A stretch of DNA of 64,000 nt from Octopus vulgaris (taxonomy: Eukaryota). This document shows, in pieces, positions 12,244-28,660 of this stretch. The stretch lies in the NCBI GenBank assembly GCA_951406725.2, contig OX597822.1, positions 119,102,001-119,166,000 of the forward strand. Direction: 5' to 3'. Within the stretch, counting starts at the first letter, position 1. Each line of letters begins with the position of its first letter. The position numbers and the translations under genes are program-made. A model generated the notes under the pieces. It was not told the origin of the DNA, did no database searches, and saw only the letters and a list, made by a program, of their open reading frames with translations.

Positions 12244-12574
12244 TATACTTTTGTCAATATGAAGGTACGCTCATGTCTGTTTTAACAGGGAATGCAGATG
12301 TGTTGGTGATGGGAGGGCAGATTTAACAGCCGACTAGTTTCAGAGGTCAAAGGTAATTTTAGGGGTTATTCTATCAATTTAAAAAAAAAATTCAAATGTG
12401 TCCAATGTTGACATTTTCCTATGAGAAACTTTTTGAAGCAAGGTAAACATTCTGGTTGGCTGTCGGGTAGATTGAACCCTTGTAGCAACATCTCTCACAT
12501 ACACTCACTCTATACCTCCCATCTTCCCTCTTCTCAGTCACTCTGTCCATGCACTCCCAATAATGGTAACATCT

Positions 12575-13062
12575 TCATCGTCCTCCTCCTCCTCATCAGC
12601 ATCATCATCAGCATCATTACCATCATTGACGTCATCATCGTCATCATTATTGTCATCATCATGATCATTGTCATCATCATCATTGTCATAGTCGTCGTCA
12701 TCATCATCATCATCTTTATCATCAGCATCGTCATTATTATCATCATCATTGCCATTGTCGTCATCATCATTATTATCAACATCATCATCGTCCCCATTAT
12801 CATCATATCATTGTTATTATCATCACCATCATTGTCAGCATCATCATTATCATCATCATAATCGTCGTCATCATCGTCACCATCATCCTCATCCTCATCA
12901 TTGTTATTGTCATCATCATCATCATCATCATCATCGCCATCATTATCATCATATCATTGTTATTATCATCACCATCATTGTTATCATCATCATCCTCATT
13001 GTTATTATCATCATCATCATCATTATCATCGTTATCGTCATCGTCATCATCATCATCATCAT
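12575..13062. repeat. Degenerate (ATC)n microsatellite, expanded tail of a family C SINE
   Basis: Direct reading; abuts tttaacatccacgttccat SINE 3' end. Confidence 0.85.
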
Positions 13063-14259
13063 TTAACATCCACGTTCCATACTGACATGAGATGCACAGT
13101 TCAAGGGGATCGAGCAAACCAAAGGACTGTGTTGAGCTCCAATGTCTTACATTGGCAGAGTTCCTAAGGCTGGATGCCATTTCTAATGCCAACCACTCTA
13201 CATTGTGTACTGATAGCTATCCTCAAGGTAATGGCACTAGTGAAATGGCCTAAAAACTTGCAAGACAAAGAAAGTCTCTTGACTAAACGAGGTCATAATA
13301 GAGAGAGGCGTTAACTTTATACTAGGTATTGAATGGCTAAAATATTATTGAGGGTCAGGCATGGATATCCTGGTACAGAGGAAAGACATCAAAAGGCAGT
13401 TGTAAATGAGCACCACTGGCATCATGCAGTTTCGTGTGTTTCCAATCTTCTGAGAAACATTTTCGGCTTCAAGCAAATATTTTGCTTGCAAACTGGTTGG
13501 TCAGTGACAGCATTTCAATTTTACCAGAAATGGAAGAGGTGCATGCACTGAGAGAATGAGTAAAAGCCTCACCCTCATTGTTTCTAGCAGAGGCAAAAGC
13601 TCGGAAATTTGTGGTGATTCTATTGACCAAGTGTTTATCTAGTATATATTTTATTGACTCTGAAGAAATAAAAGGCAAAGTTGACCTAGATGGAATTTGT
13701 CAGTGCTTCTATTTATTTTGGCACTAAATCCACTATCATCGAAATCAAATTCAATGACTGGCATCCGTGCTAGTGGAGCGCTAAGGGAACCATATGAGTG
13801 AGATCAGGGCCAGAGCAACAAGCTGGCCTCTGAGCCAATGGCACATTAAAAACACCATTTGAGCGTGATTGTTACCTGTGTCGCCTTACTAGCACTTGTG
13901 CTGGTGGCACGTGAAAGAATGTTTGAGCGAGGTCGTTGCCAGTGCTGCTGGACTGGCTCCTGTGCAGGTGGCACATAAAAACCACCATTTGAGCGTGGCC
14001 GTTGCCAGTACTGCCTGACTGGCTCTCGTGCCAGTGGCATGTAAAAGCACCCACTACACTCTCTGAGTGGTTGGCATTAGGAAGGGCATCCAGCTGTAGA
14101 AACTATGCCAGATCAGACTGGAGCCTGGTGCAGCCATCTGGTTCGCCAGACCTCAGTCAAATCGTCCAACCCATGCTAGCATGGAAAGCAGATGTTAAAC
14201 GACGCCAATGATGATGATGATGATGATGACTTCTTTTTTATTAAAATCAGTGAGTTTTG

Positions 14260-15190
14260 TGTTAGAATCTACAAAACCAAGAGAACTAATGTAACCCATA
14301 ATTTCTTTATAGATGATATAAAGATCTATACCAGAAATATTTATAATGTTGAGAAACAGCTGGGTTTGCTAAGATTTTCTGCTGATATAGAATTAGAATT
14401 CAGCAAAAAGAAATGTTTTTTTTTAACAAAACTGATTCCCCAAACTAAAATCTTTACATAAATTGTTTCACTTTCTTTCCTCTTCCACATTATGAGTGCA
14501 ACAAATTTCTAGTATTTGATGAAAATTAAGATAGATTAATCAAAGAATATTATCATACACTTTAAAAAGTATCGTAGTCAGAACTTTCTTCTTATGAGAC
14601 AAAATTCACAGTGCATTTACAGTACCAATGTTGACACCAACATTGGGGATACTGTGATGTCCTGTAGAGGAAATCTACTCAATAGATACTAAAATCTATA
14701 AGCTAGTGATAGATTCTGTTACAGAAGAAAAGATTGGGAAAGATCAGTAATGTGTCTTAGAGTACAACATATTATCACTCTGATATTTTCTAATCAGTAG
14801 CAGCTAAAATAAATACATCAGCCAAGTGCACCCAAGCGAAAAGAACAACATTTTATGGGTCAGGAGTTAACTCTTCAAGAAGTGTTCACTTCCTAAGGAC
14901 CTCCCATTTAATTCCAGAATTTCTGGACTAGTATACTTCAACTAAGATCTGGAAGAGAAACAATCTGCACACCACAGAAGAGGTTATGCATGAGTATATG
15001 CATGAGTATAAACTCGAGCTTTGACATAAAATGTTGCCTCACCTGGACTCATAACTGTTAAATCATATCACATTGCAAAGGTTTTGCTTTTGCAATCCAA
15101 GAGCTGGAGATATCTATGAAATACCTAAGGAATAAAAGAGATAGAAATGCCCTTAAATAGCCAAGATGCAGCCAAATGTTGACTATGTCA
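14260..15190 (+). mobile_element. Highly decayed non-LTR retrotransposon, R4/Dong(NeSL)-like RT
   Basis: HNFFIDDIKIY...RFSADIELEFSKKKC (YMDDLKL...FSxDIxMxFGxxKC pattern) and downstream GFAFAIQELEI. Confidence 0.55.
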
Positions 15191-15229
15191 CATTTCTGTG
15201 AATGATTCATGGTACTGGGGGATGATTCA

Positions 15230-17384
15230 TCCCCCCAGTTGTAATTGTAGGATTAGATCGAAATGTCCAATATCTGGCCACTGTTTGGTCCAAAATGTAA
15301 TTTATGAATGTACAATAGTGACTTCAAATAATAACTATCTTTATTTTGGTTGTTCAGTGGATTTAAAAAAAACATTTAAACAATCATTTTTCCTCCTTTA
15401 GGCTTAAATACAAGGCATGTTGCACAACATTGTCTAGTAAAATTTGGGAACTGAAAAGGAATAATATAGAATTCAACCTGAAATGGGATATAGTAAGGAA
15501 AGCACGGCCTTATAAAAATAGTAGGGATGGTTGTGAACTTTGTTCTTTGGAAACATATGAAATTTTAAAACATAGGCGCAGGAGTGGCTGTGTGGTAAGT
15601 AGCTTGCTAACCAACCACATGGTTCCGGGTTCAGTCCCACAGCGTGGCATCTTGGGCAAGTGTCTTCTGCTATAGCCCCGGGATGACCAATGCTTTGTGA
15701 GTGGATTTGGTAGACGGAAACTGAAAGAAGCCTGTCGTATATATGTATATATATATAAGTGTGTGTGTATATGTTTGTGTGTCTGTGTTTCTCCCCCTAG
15801 CATTGCTTGACAACCGATGCTGGTGTGTTTATGTCCCCGTCACTTAGCGGTTCGACAAAAGAGACTGATAGAATAAGTACTGGGCTTACAAAGAATAAGT
15901 CCCGGGGTCGAGTTGCTCGACTAAAGGCGGTGCTCCAGCATGGCCGCAGTCAAATGACTGAAACAAGTAAAAGAGTAAAGAGAGAGTATAGGAATAATAC
16001 AAATCTATTAAATAACCGTTCTGAACTAGGATCATCTTGCATACATCACACAACCCGTACGTTTAAATATTTTAAATAATAATATTTTGACCATTCCTAA
16101 ATTTTTCAAATTTTAATTCTTTATAACTAAATCATCATCATCATCAGGAATGAATATACCATACTAGCTTTTAATTCAACATGCATAGATTACTAAAAAA
16201 CTTCATTGCATATTTAGTATTAAATTCTCTTTTTTTATTTTTTTTTAATAATCTCCTATATTAAATAGTATAAATTCTATGTCCCTAAGGAAACTACTCG
16301 GTTCATCTTGATTACCTCACTTCCATTTCTTGATATATCATTAACCCAGGATATCTTTACCTAACTAATTAGCTTCTCTCCACGAGTAATAAATATTATG
16401 TCAAACAGATTCATTAATTTAATTCATTAATAACAATTCACTATCTACTAAATCTGAGTAATTTACTCTTCTTAATTACTTCTCTTCATAAAAATTAATC
16501 ACCTTCTACTAAACCTAAGAAAAGTACTCATCTTGATTACTCCTCTTCCAGTTTTTCTAATATATATATTTGACCCCTAATATATTCACTTTATTAATAA
16601 GACTTTCGTCCTCAGTTATTGAGTATTATACCTACTCATAATAAATGATAGATTATTCTCCAAAATTAATAAATATTAGATTTATAATTTCTCCTTTAAT
16701 CCAACATATCAAAATAATCAACTCCTACTAGCTAAGTATAAAGCCGATCTATATAAGTATAAAGGAATCTCTGTATTCTCTATAAGTTTTTGGTATATAG
16801 GTGGTCATTGTGACCATCTAGCATTGACCTAGTTTTCTCCATACAAAATCTGTTTGCCAAATTGTAGTAAACAACTTCTAGGGCATTATAATCCCCTCTC
16901 TACTTTAATTTCTTTAGGAATAACTTCTAACATTTATTTCACCCCTATTTCTATAAATAGAAAACCTCTTTTGTCTCCATTCAACTGAATATCCTTCCCC
17001 ACTTTCTAGCAGTTCAAAATAACTTAAAGAATATTCTTCAGTCAGAAGATAAACTCTAATACCTTAATGTTCTTAAAATTCAAATCAAAATCTCTGTCTA
17101 TATATCTACCCTTTCTATAATGTTATCAATTAATATGAAAATAGGTATTAATGGAAAACCTCTATAAATGGCTGATGATTGCTCAACATTTTAAAACTGT
17201 TGTAATACTTACAATGTTTAATAAAATGATGTAGCGTGAAACAATCGTACCAAATTACCGAAGATATTCTTGTTGCTTATTTTGATTATAATCACCCCAC
17301 GGATTTATATGGATAACACCATACAAAATTCTGGTGCAACTAACTTAAGTACCATATTCATTTGAATCTAAATTTTGCTGAACT
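15230..17384 (+). mobile_element. Penelope-like element 3' half: GIY-YIG endonuclease, AT-rich 3' region, terminal repeat with hammerhead; split by a SINE
   Basis: CNCRIRSKCPISGHCLVQNVIYEC...YLYFGCS; TTLSSKIWELK...WDIVRKARPY...CELCSLETYEI [SINE, TSD atagg] LLNNRSELGSSCIH; ends at (TA)n. Confidence 0.85.
17169..17252 (+). ncRNA. Type I hammerhead ribozyme motif with long stem II
   Basis: tgg CTGATGA ttgctcaacatttt...aaaatgatgtagcgt GAAA caatc GTA cca. Confidence 0.7.
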
Positions 17385-17567
17385 TATATATATATATATA
17401 TATACACACACATATATTCAGTCACACATACATATGTGCATAGATAACTACATGCATACATAAATAGAGATACGTGTGTGCATACATATATACTCACATA
17501 CAAACACATAAATATACATACACATGCATACATACACACATATATACATACATGCATGGATACATAC

Positions 17568-17619
<52 letters not shown>

Positions 17620-17727
17620 GCATACATACTCACATACATGCACACATACATGCACACAGACATACAGACAACATACATATGCATAAATACATACATATAT
17701 ACACATAAATATATACACAGTATATAT

Positions 17728-17763
<36 letters not shown>

Positions 17764-17991
17764 GTTTAACGTCCGTTTTCCGCGCTAGCACGGGTTGGAC
17801 GGTTTCGACCGGGGTCTGGAGAGCTCGGGACTGCCCCAGGCTCCAGTCTAGTCTGGCAGTGTTTCTACAGCTGGATGCCCTTCCTAACGCCAACCACTCC
17901 GCGAGTGTAGTGGGTGTTTTTTACGTGCCACCTGCACAGGTGCCAGAGGGGTCTGGCATCGGCCACGTTCGGATGGTGCTTTTTTTTTTAT

Positions 17992-18623
17992 GGGGGGGGT
18001 GCAGAAATATAGGGGAGCACCAGTGGGAGGGGTGGTTCAGAGGACAGGTAATAGGCAAGTAGAACGTAGGATATCGAGAGAGGGGTAATGCATGGTGAAA
18101 TAGCGTATTGAAGAGGGGGTTCAAAGAGTAGACACCTATAATGGTGGTGGGGGGGTGCACAAATATAGGGGAGCACCAGTGGGAGGGGTGGTTCAGAGGA
18201 CAGGTTCTAGGCAAGTAGAACGTAGGATATCGAGAGAGGGGTAATGCATGGTGAAATGGTGAAATAGCGTATTGAAGAGGGGGGTTCAAAGAGTAGACAC
18301 CTATAATGGTGGTGGTGGGGGTGCAGAAATATAGGGGAGCACCAGCGGGAGGGGTGGTTCAGAGGACAGGTTCTAGGCAAGTAGAACGTAGGATATCGAG
18401 AGAGGGGTAATGCATGGTGAAATAGCGTATTGAAGAGGGGGTTCAAAGAGTAGACACCTATAATGGTGGTGGGGGGTGCAGAAATATGGGGGAGCACCAG
18501 TGGGAGGGGTGGTTCAGAGGGCAGGTTCTAGGCAAGTAGAACGTAGGATATCGAGAGAGGGGTAATGCATGGTGAGATAGCGTATTGAAGAGAGGGGTTC
18601 AAAGAGTAGACACCTATAATGGT
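17992..18623. repeat. Four tandem ~155-165 bp G-rich units
   Basis: Unit ggggggtgcagaaatataggggagcacc...gagtagacacctataatggtggt starts near 17994, 18150, 18317 and 18471. Confidence 0.9.
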
Positions 18624-18832
18624 GGGAGAAACGACATCCGGTATAGTTGGAGCAAAATAGAGATATCCGGTATTGGTGGTGGGGGTGGATATATATATAT
18701 AATATACAAGATAAGGGCAAAAGAAAAATTCTAATGCCAAATATGCCGAAAAAAAAGACAAAATTGTCAATAACCATTATAATTTATGCGTCTCGAAACA
18801 AACCGATAGAAATTTCTAAAAAAATCCGTTAT

Positions 18833-18890
18833 TACCGTATTGGTCCAATTTCAGGGTTAATTCGTAAGAATTTTCCCCTCTTCAGCGATA
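18833..18890 (-). ncRNA. Type I hammerhead ribozyme motif, intact core
   Basis: tatcg CTGAAGA gggg-aa-aattc-ttac-gaatt-aa-ccct GAAA ttgg-a-ccaa TA cggta; 5-bp stem I, AUA triplet. Confidence 0.8.
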
Positions 18891-18936
18891 AATACGTGAG
18901 ATGTAAGTGAAATACTTACTCATACCCATACATTAG

Positions 18937-18994
<58 letters not shown>

Positions 18995-19619
18995 TCGTGT
19001 GTATGTGTGTGTGTGTGCATATTATACATGCACATACATACACATACACACACATACACCTGCCAGCACAAAGCTTTGACCTTATAATTCCAAATGCCTC
19101 CATCGCTTCATGCTATTGGATTGCAAACCTCCTTTCAGATAAAACCGAACCATATTAGTGGAAACACACACGCACACACAAATGCATGTATATGTACGTA
19201 TGTATATAAGTGTGTACTATTTGTGTGTGTCTGTGTGTCTTTTGTTTTCTTTATGCTGTAACCTGCATCTGTATTTTGTATTCTATGTCAATACACAATG
19301 TAAGCCTACTAGCAGTCATCTGCCTTCCTACATATATCTATGTGTGTGTGTGTGTGCGTGCGCGCGTGCGTGTGTGTGTCTGCACGTGTGCATGTTTGTA
19401 TGGATGTGTGTATATGTGTGTATGTATGTCTGTGTTTGTATGTATATATATATATATACTCATTACATACATACAGGCAGTCATCTACCTTCCTACATAT
19501 ATGTGTGTGTGTGCGCGTGCGTATGTGTCTGTGTCTGCGTGTGTGCATGTTTGTATGGATGTATGTATATGTATATATATATATGTGTGTGTGTATGTAT
19601 ATATATATATATACTCATT

Positions 19620-19933
19620 ACATACATACATACATACATGCATGCATGCATACATACATACATACATACATACATACATACATACATACATACATGCAAG
19701 CATGCATACATACATACATACATACATACATGCATACATACATACATACATACATACATACATACATACATACATACATACATACATACATACATACATA
19801 CATGCATACATGCATACATACATACATACATACATACATACATACATACATACATACATACATACATACATACATACATACATACATACATACATACATA
19901 CATACATACATGCATGCATACATACATACATAC

Positions 19934-19964
<31 letters not shown>

Positions 19965-22770
19965 CATACATACATACATACATACATACATACATACATA
20001 CATACATACATACATACATACATACATACATACATACATACATACATACATACATACATACATACATACATACATACATACATACATACATACATACATA
20101 CATACATACATACATACATACATACATACATACATACATACATACATACATACATACATACATACATACATACATACATACATACATACATACATACATA
20201 CATACATACATACATACATACATACATACATACATACATACATACATACATACATACATACATACATACATACATACATACATACATACATACATACATA
20301 CATACATACATACATACATACATACATACATACATACATACATACATACATACATACATACATACATACATACATACATACATACATACATACATACATA
20401 CATACATACATACATACATACATACATACATACATACATACATACATACATACATACATACATACATACATACATACATACATACATACATACATACATA
20501 CATACATACATACATACATACATACATACATACATACATACATACATACATACATACATACATACATACATACATACATACATACATACATACATACATA
20601 CATACATACATACATACATACATACATACATACATACATACATACATACATACATACATACATACATACATACATACATACATACATACATACATACATA
20701 CATACATACATACATACATACATACATACATACATACATACATACATACATACATACATACATACATACATACATACATACATACATACATACATACATA
20801 CATACATACATACATACATACATACATACATACATACATACATACATACATACATACATACATACATACATACATACATACATACATACATACATACATA
20901 CATACATACATACATACATACATACATACATACATACATACATACATACATACATACATACATACATACATACATACATACATACATACATACATACATA
21001 CATACATACATACATACATACATACATACATACATACATACATACATACATACATACATACATACATACATACATACATACATACATACATACATACATA
21101 CATACATACATACATACATACATACATACATACATACATACATACATACATACATACATACATACATACATACATACATACATACATACATACATACATA
21201 CATACATACATACATACATACATACATACATACATACATACATACATACATACATACATACATACATACATACATACATACATACATACATACATACATA
21301 CATACATACATACATACATACATACATACATACATACATACATACATACATACATACATACATACATACATACATACATACATACATACATACATACATA
21401 CATACATACATACATACATACATACATACATACATACATACATACATACATACATACATACATACATACATACATACATACATACATACATACATACATA
21501 CATACATACATACATACATACATACATACATACATACATACATACATACATACATACATACATACATACATACATACATACATACATACATACATACATA
21601 CATACATACATACATACATACATACATACATACATACATACATACATACATACATACATACATACATACATACATACATACATACATACATACATACATA
21701 CATACATACATACATACATACATACATACATACATACATACATACATACATACATACATACATACATACATACATACATACATACATACATACATACATA
21801 CATACATACATACATACATACATACATACATACATACATACATACATACATACATACATACATACATACATACATACATACATACATACATACATACATA
21901 CATACATACATACATACATACATACATACATACATACATACATACATACATACATACATACATACATACATACATACATACATACATACATACATACATA
22001 CATACATACATACATACATACATACATACATACATACATACATACATACATACATACATACATACATACATACATACATACATACATACATACATACATA
22101 CATACATACATACATACATACATACATACATACATACATACATACATACATACATACATACATACATACATACATACATACATACATACATACATACATA
22201 CATACATACATACATACATACATACATACATACATACATACATACATACATACATACATACATACATACATACATACATACATACATACATACATACATA
22301 CATACATACATACATACATACATACATACATACATACATACATACATACATACATACATACATACATACATACATACATACATACATACATACATACATA
22401 CATACATACATACATACATACATACATACATACATACATACATACATACATACATACATACATACATACATACATACATACATACATACATACATACATA
22501 CATACATACATACATACATACATACATACATACATACATACATACATACATACATACATACATACATACATACATACATACATACATACATACATACATA
22601 CATACATACATACATACATACATACATACATACATACATACATACATACATACATACATACATACATACATACATACATACATACATACATACATACATA
22701 CATACATACATACATACATACATACATACATACATACATACATACATACATACATACATACATACATACA

Positions 22771-22802
<32 letters not shown>

Positions 22803-22835
22803 ATACATACATACATACATACATACATACATACA

Positions 22836-22866
<31 letters not shown>

Positions 22867-22892
22867 CATACATACATACATACATACATACA

Positions 22893-22924
<32 letters not shown>

Positions 22925-22946
22925 CATACATACATACATACATACA

Positions 22947-22991
<45 letters not shown>

Positions 22992-23613
22992 CATACATAC
23001 ATACATACATACATACATACATACATACATACATACATACATACATACATACATACATACATACATACATACATACATACATACATACATACATACATAC
23101 ATACATACATACATACATACATACATACATACATACATACATACATACATACATACATACATACATACATACATACATACATACATACATACATACATAC
23201 ATACATACATACATACATACATACATACATACATACATACATACATACATACATACATACATACATACATACATACATACATACATACATACATACATAC
23301 ATACATACATACATACATACATACATACATACATACATACATACATACATACATACATACATACATACATACATACATACATACATACATACATACATAC
23401 ATACATACATACATACATACATACATACATACATACATACATACATACATACATACATACATACATACATACATACATACATACATACATACATACATAC
23501 ATACATACATACATACATACATACATACATACATACATACATACATACATACATACATACATACATACATACATACATACATACATACATACATACATAC
23601 ATACATACATACA

Positions 23614-23645
<32 letters not shown>

Positions 23646-23759
23646 CATACATACATACATACATACATATACATACATACATACATACATATACATACAT
23701 ACATACATACATACATACATACATACATACATACATACATACATACATACATACATACA

Positions 23760-23791
<32 letters not shown>

Positions 23792-23797
23792 CATACA

Positions 23798-23829
<32 letters not shown>

Positions 23830-23887
23830 CATACATACATACATACATATACATACATACATACATACATATACATACATACATACA

Positions 23888-23919
<32 letters not shown>

Positions 23920-24789
23920 CATACATACATACATACATACATACATACATACATACATACATACATACATACATACATACATACATACATACATACATAC
24001 ATACATACATACATACATACATACATACATACATACATACATACATACATACATACATACATACATACATACATACATACATACATACATACATACATAC
24101 ATACATACATACATACATACATACATACATACATACATACATACATACATACATACATACATACATACATACATACATACATACATACATACATACATAC
24201 ATACATACATACATACATACATACATACATACATACATACATACATACATACATACATACATACATACATACATACATACATACATACATACATACATAC
24301 ATACATACATACATACATACATACATACATACATACATACATACATACATACATACATACATACATACATACATACATACATACATACATACATACATAC
24401 ATACATACATACATACATACATACATACATACATACATACATACATACATACATACATACATACATACATACATACATACATACATACATACATACATAC
24501 ATACATACATACATACATACATACATACATACATACATACATACATACATACATACATACATACATACATACATACATACATACATACATACATACATAC
24601 ATACATACATACATACATACATACATACATACATACATACATACATACATACATACATACATACATACATACATACATACATACATACATACATACATAC
24701 ATACATACATACATACATACATACATACATACATACATACATACATACATACATACATACATACATACATACATACATACATACATACA

Positions 24790-24817
<28 letters not shown>
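19620..24817. repeat. ~5.2 kb (CATA)n array
   Basis: Uninterrupted from ~19936 to ~22800; a few 1-2 nt deletions at ~22800-22990 and ~23640-23920. Confidence 0.98.
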
Positions 24818-24820
<3 letters not shown>

Positions 24821-25526
24821 GTATCATCCTCATCATCATCATTGAAAGAAGACGTTAAGCGATGATGATGATGATGATGATGATATATATGTATGTAATG
24901 AGTACATGTATAAAAAAGGAGAGACTGAGAGAGACAGAAACAGAGAGACTGAGAGAGAGAGAGAGAGAGAGAGGGTGAAAGAAAGATAGAAAGAGATCTT
25001 CTCTTTCGGATTCCGTTTCTATTGAGGAAATAAAACTGTTTAAATCTATGGAAACCGTCTCCATCAGCCTCCGTTCATCGTTAGGTTGCAGTTTATTTTG
25101 CTATTAATTAAGATTACTTTCTTTTATTTTGTATTTTTTCGTTTTTGTTGTTGCAGTTGCTGTGGTTGTTTATTTTATTTGTTAATTCTTTAATTTATTT
25201 ATATTTATTTATTTATTTATTTATTCCAGGGAAAGTATCAAGAGTGCACAGGAAATTGGTTGTTGAGTATGTGTGCAGAGCGACAAGATTACATGTAGAT
25301 AGATATCTTTGTGTATAAATTTATGCATATACATGTGTGTGTGTGTGTATATATATATATATGTATATATATATGATTTATTTATGTAGGAACAAAGTGA
25401 GTGAAAAGTAAGAGATAGGCAGAGACAGACGTGTAAACTTATGTGTGTGTGTGAGTGTGGTCGTTTGTGTGCATTTGTGTATGTGAATATATATGTGTGT
25501 GCATGCATTGCACACGCATCTGTATG

Positions 25527-25576
<50 letters not shown>

Positions 25577-25585
25577 TATATGTGT

Positions 25586-25636
<51 letters not shown>

Positions 25637-25642
25637 TATATG

Positions 25643-25673
<31 letters not shown>

Positions 25674-25984
25674 GTGTGTGTGTTTGTGTGTGTGTGTATC
25701 ATGATGCAAAGCATGACAAGCCTCTACCTTTTGAATTAAAGATACAATCCACGGCTCAGACAGGGACTAAAAAAATTGGCACTTGCCGAAGATTCTAGGC
25801 ATTAGGAGCATCTTTGGCAGATATGAACATGTGTATATCAATATATGATTGTGCGTCTATGTGTACATATATATAGAAATAATTATGTATATACATACAT
25901 ATATCTATATGACTGTCTGTCTATGTAAGCATTTAATTATCTATCTAACTATCCACACACACACATATATATATATATATAATA

Positions 25985-26280
25985 TATAAGTTAGAGATAA
26001 AACCACTATTATGCAACTCAAACAGTGATAGACATAAACCAAAAGATAAATAACAAATAACATAAATTTTTATAAAACATATAACTAATAAGTAGATCTC
26101 AAAAAGTATAAAAATGAATGATCAATATATAATAAGTAAAAGAAACTATGTACGTTTTATGATTTGCATAATAGTGGTTTTATCTCTAATTTATATTTTA
26201 TATATTTATTCTGTGAAATTTGATTTAATACTAAATTGAATATTTTCCTGTAAGTTTGGAGTTATACTCCCTAATATTAT
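25985..26280. mobile_element. Fold-back remnant between (TA)n tracts
   Basis: ttagagataaaaccactattatgcaa (~25990) is inverted at ~26164-26190. Confidence 0.5.
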
Positions 26281-26397
26281 TATATATATATATATATATA
26301 ATAAAGGATAAAATCCCTTTAATGATTTTATCAAGTGGTCAGTGCGAAATAAAAACCTCATAGGTAATTTTTATATACTATATCAATAATTATACAC

Positions 26398-26593
26398 ATA
26401 ATTATATCAAGGGATCAGACGAGCCTCTTCTCATGCTGAAAATAGATGTTAAATGGCATTAAAAAGCACGATTGACCAAAAGTCTGATTTATTATTTTTT
26501 ATTTGCCTGTGCTATAGAACATTTAAGGTGGTTTTTTAGTGCCATTAGGTGTCTATTTTCAGCATGAGGAGAGGCTCATCCAATCCCTTGCTA

Positions 26594-26600
<7 letters not shown>
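26398..26600. mobile_element. Fold-back remnant, ~70-bp arms, next to (TA)n
   Basis: aagggat...gagcctc..ctcatgctgaaaataga...aatggca / tgccatt...tctattttcagcatgag..gaggctc...atccctt. Confidence 0.55.
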
Positions 26601-26630
<30 letters not shown>

Positions 26631-26875
26631 TCTTTTACTCTTTTACTTGTTTCAGTCATTTGATTGTGGCCATACTGGGGCACAGCCTTTAGTCGAAGGA
26701 ATCGACCCCAGGACTTATTCTTTGTAAGCCTAGTACTTATTCTATCAGTTTCTTTTGCTGAACCACTAAGTTATGGGGATACGGAGATGTAAGCACACCA
26801 GCATTGGTTGTCAAACGATACTGGGGTACAAACACAGACACACAAACATATACACACACATACATACATACATGC

Positions 26876-26923
<48 letters not shown>

Positions 26924-27529
26924 GACGGGCTTCTTTCAGTTTCCATCTACCAAATCCACTCACAAGGCTTTGGTCGGCCTGAGGCTATAGTAGAAGACAC
27001 TTGTCCAAGGTGCCACACAGTGGGACCGAACCCAGAACCATATGGTTGGTAAGCAAGATATAACAGCAATTTAAGATTAAGCTGAACAATAGCTCAATAC
27101 TTTTTTAGTACAAGGTAAAGGTTGACAATGACTTTGATGTTTCAACTTGCTCACCTTCATGAAACACCTGATGACGATGAGCAAGTTGCAGTCAAATTTT
27201 TCCTATTAAAAGTTAATATGTGCATACATACATTTATGAGTCTGCATGTGTAGAGAGAGAGATTATTTGTGTGTGAGGGTATGTGTATGTGTATATGCGT
27301 ATGAGTATGTGTATATGCATGCATGAGTGTGCTTGCATGTATGTATACAGAGAGAGGGGGGAAGAGAGAGATGGGAAGAGAGAGATGGGAAGAGAGAGAT
27401 GGGGAAGAATGAGTGAGAATGAGAAAGAGAAAGAGAGAGATACCTATATGATATTTTTGTGACATGCATAGTAAAAAAGCAGACACAGGTATATATGTAC
27501 ACACACACAGTTTAACAAGCATAAAACAT

Positions 27530-27646
27530 ATATACATACATACATGCATACATACATACATACATACATACATACATACATACATACATACAGACATACA
27601 CACACACACATGAGCATGTATATATAGATATATATATGTATGTATG

Positions 27647-27729
<83 letters not shown>

Positions 27730-27762
27730 AAATATATATATATGTATGTATATATGTATATA

Positions 27763-27860
<98 letters not shown>

Positions 27861-28395
27861 TGTATGTATGTATGTATGTATGTATACATGTATATATGTT
27901 AATATGTAGGAGTATGTGAACGGGTGTGTATGCGAATACACACATGCATACAAAATTGACTAACTACAAATAAATGCATAAAAGATAATTAAGAAAAAAA
28001 ATAAATAAACGAATGCAGAAAAGATTCTTAGTCAAATTGATAATCTCTTGAGTTGGAAATAAGATGCTTTTCTTTAATTAGTAGTGATGACAGCCATGGT
28101 AACGAGCCTTGCTCTAATGACGTCAATAGCTGTGATGAATTATCACAGCCAATCTACTCTCGCACACATGTTAATCGAAAAGAATGTTGATATGGAGAAT
28201 GAGAATTGGTCTCATCACAGAATTTCAAGAGTGATGCTCAATGTTGAACTGTTTTGTTTCCTCTACAATGGTAGAGAGAATCTCTCTCTCTCTCTCTCTC
28301 TTTTATCAACACACACACACACACACAGATATACATATATACATATATATATATATATGTGTATGTATGTGTATGTATGTGTATGTGTATGTATG

Positions 28396-28452
<57 letters not shown>

Positions 28453-28595
28453 ATGTATGCATTTACGTATGTATGTATGTACATGTGTATGTGTATATAT
28501 GTGTGTAAGTGTGTGTATATATGTAAATGTAAGTGTGTGTGCTTGTATGAGAATGTATGTATGTTTGTACACAGGTATATATGTGTGTGTATGTG

Positions 28596-28660
<65 letters not shown>

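Noticed and set aside
12421-13192. Poly-Ile/His/Met/Asp ORFs resembling membrane or metal-binding proteins
   Set aside because: Translations of an (ATC)n microsatellite.
19158-24865. ORFs of 1100-1900 aa (HTYI/MYVC repeats)
   Set aside because: Translations of (CATA)n, which lacks stop codons. The same applies to the ORFs at 11.2-12.3, 25.2-30.6 and 33.4-34.2 kb.
26408-26460. Hammerhead in the 26.4 kb fold-back
   Set aside because: Core reads CAGACGA/TGGATGA and stems I and III cannot be formed convincingly.
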